This document shows, piece by piece, positions 63,292-64,000 of a stretch of 64,000 nucleotides of DNA. The DNA is from Clostridia bacterium. Lineage in GTDB: Bacteria; Bacillota; Clostridia; UMGS1840. The translations under genes were made by a program, and so were the position numbers. Within the stretch, counting starts at the first letter, position 1, and every line of letters starts with the position of its first letter. Location: positions 41,194 through 105,193 of the forward strand of contig JAZQUU010000039.1 of NCBI GenBank assembly GCA_045631485.1, given 5' to 3'. The notes under the pieces were generated by a model. The model saw only the letters and a list, made by a program, of their open reading frames with translations, did no database searches and was not told where the DNA came from.

Positions 63292-64000
63292 TTATTCATT
63301 GATGATGGCGATTTTTAAGCCTTCCATCTTCAGATTGGTCTGATGAGCTTCATTGATCTGGGAAAGCGGATATTTGTGAGTAATCAGCTTTTTAATCGGT
63401 AAACCGATACCCTGAGCTCTCTTTAAGAAATCGAAGGTAGTTGCATAATCGCGTAAGGTATATACCCAGGAACCAACAACGGTCAGTTCTTTTGCGCAAA
63501 TATCAAAGTGGGGGTTAATGGTAGCATCTCCACCATTGATGAAGAAGCCGAGTTCGCAAAGTCCGCCGCCTTTTCTAACGAATTTATAAACGTTGGAATG
63601 AGCGATGGGAGAACCGGTACACTGGAATGCAAAGTCAGCAAAGTAACCGCCGAATGCATCTTTCACAGCATTTGTTAACTCGTCAATACCTTTGTGGTTT
63701 TTAAAGTTAACAGATTTAGTTGCGCCCATTTCTTTTGCAAACTGTAATCTCTTTTCTTCACCATCTACTGCAACGATGTTTTCAACACCCATAGTGCGTA
63801 AGATTGCGATACATAACAAACCGATGGGTCCGCAACCCTGAACAACCACGCGGCTGTTGAATCTTAAGATACCAACAGTTTTCGCACGTTCTACTGCATG
63901 GATTAAAACAGCAGCAGGCTCAATTAAAATTCTGCTTTCTAAATCTAAGTCAGACACATTGAATACGGTGGAACCGCCTCTGATTACCATATAGTCAGCA
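63292..64000 (-). CDS. Zinc-type medium-chain alcohol/polyol dehydrogenase, N-terminus beyond the window
   Basis: The Rossmann motif VQGCGPIGL is present, and the C-terminal half is typical of the MDR family. The frame stays open to base 64000. Confidence 0.8.
   Translation of the reverse strand, partial: ADYMVIRGGSTVFNVSDLDLESRILIEPAAVLIHAVERAKTVGILRFNSRVVVQGCGPIGLLCIAILRTMGVENIVAVDGEEKRLQFAKEMGATKSVNFKNHKGIDELTNAVKDAFGGYFADFAFQCTGSPIAHSNVYKFVRKGGGLCELGFFINGGDATINPHFDICAKELTVVGSWVYTLRDYATTFDFLKRAQGIGLPIKKLITHKYPLSQINEAHQTNLKMEGLKIAIINE

Noticed and set aside
1-64000. A search for CRISPR arrays, tRNA/rRNA genes, prophage, transposase or integrase genes.
   Set aside because: I saw no short regularly spaced repeats, no T-loop or anticodon-arm patterns I could recognise, and no ORF with recombinase, transposase or phage structural motifs. 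The absence rests on visual inspection only.

Overview
This 64-kb chromosomal window comes from a low-GC Gram-positive anaerobe. It is most likely Clostridia, judging from PolC, Rex, an SLH-anchored wall hydrolase, a bile-salt hydrolase and a microcompartment locus. I call about 60 protein-coding genes. I recognised no rRNA, tRNA, CRISPR array, transposase, integrase or phage genes. Gene content by coordinate: 1-29 kb holds housekeeping and metabolic genes (metG 3' part, NCS2 purine permease, two secreted proteins, tatD, mnmM-like, polC, rex-icd-acn, pgi, dCMP deaminase, cca, SGNH hydrolase, AKR, bile-salt hydrolase, MFS). 31-37 kb holds tex, mrnC and a ttcA-like/DUF3343/cysteine-desulfurase sulfur cluster. 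37-49 kb is one long minus-strand signalling cluster: histidine kinase, REC-wHTH regulator, two STAS proteins, a fused PP2C-phosphatase/HATPase sensor, a GGDEF cyclase, and a small alarmone synthetase overlapping a small alarmone hydrolase. 49-52 kb holds wall and surface proteins, and 53.8-56.3 kb holds feoA-feoB. From 56.3 kb to the window end lie an FGGY kinase, a DeoR regulator and an aldehyde-type bacterial microcompartment operon that runs off the window. The most unusual signal is a two-copy, ~260-nt conserved non-coding element (30329-30591 and 52462-52738) that I cannot assign to any known family. It has a fully covarying stem and a long terminal closing helix. Each copy sits immediately 3' of an unrelated small cargo gene. 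Each cargo gene is preceded by a short hairpin site that repeats the distal end of the element. This promoter / 5' site / gene / structured element layout could be a non-autonomous mobile cassette, a guide-like or UTR RNA system, or a recombination substrate. Secondary leads are listed in the findings: a toxSAS-like SAS/SAH pair coupled to a GGDEF gene and a C-terminally anchored protein; an 11-bp-phased direct repeat marking three promoters; an AT-hook tail on a BMC shell protein; and a repeated palindromic operator in the feo operon. All calls come from reading the sequence and ORF translations only. No database search was run.
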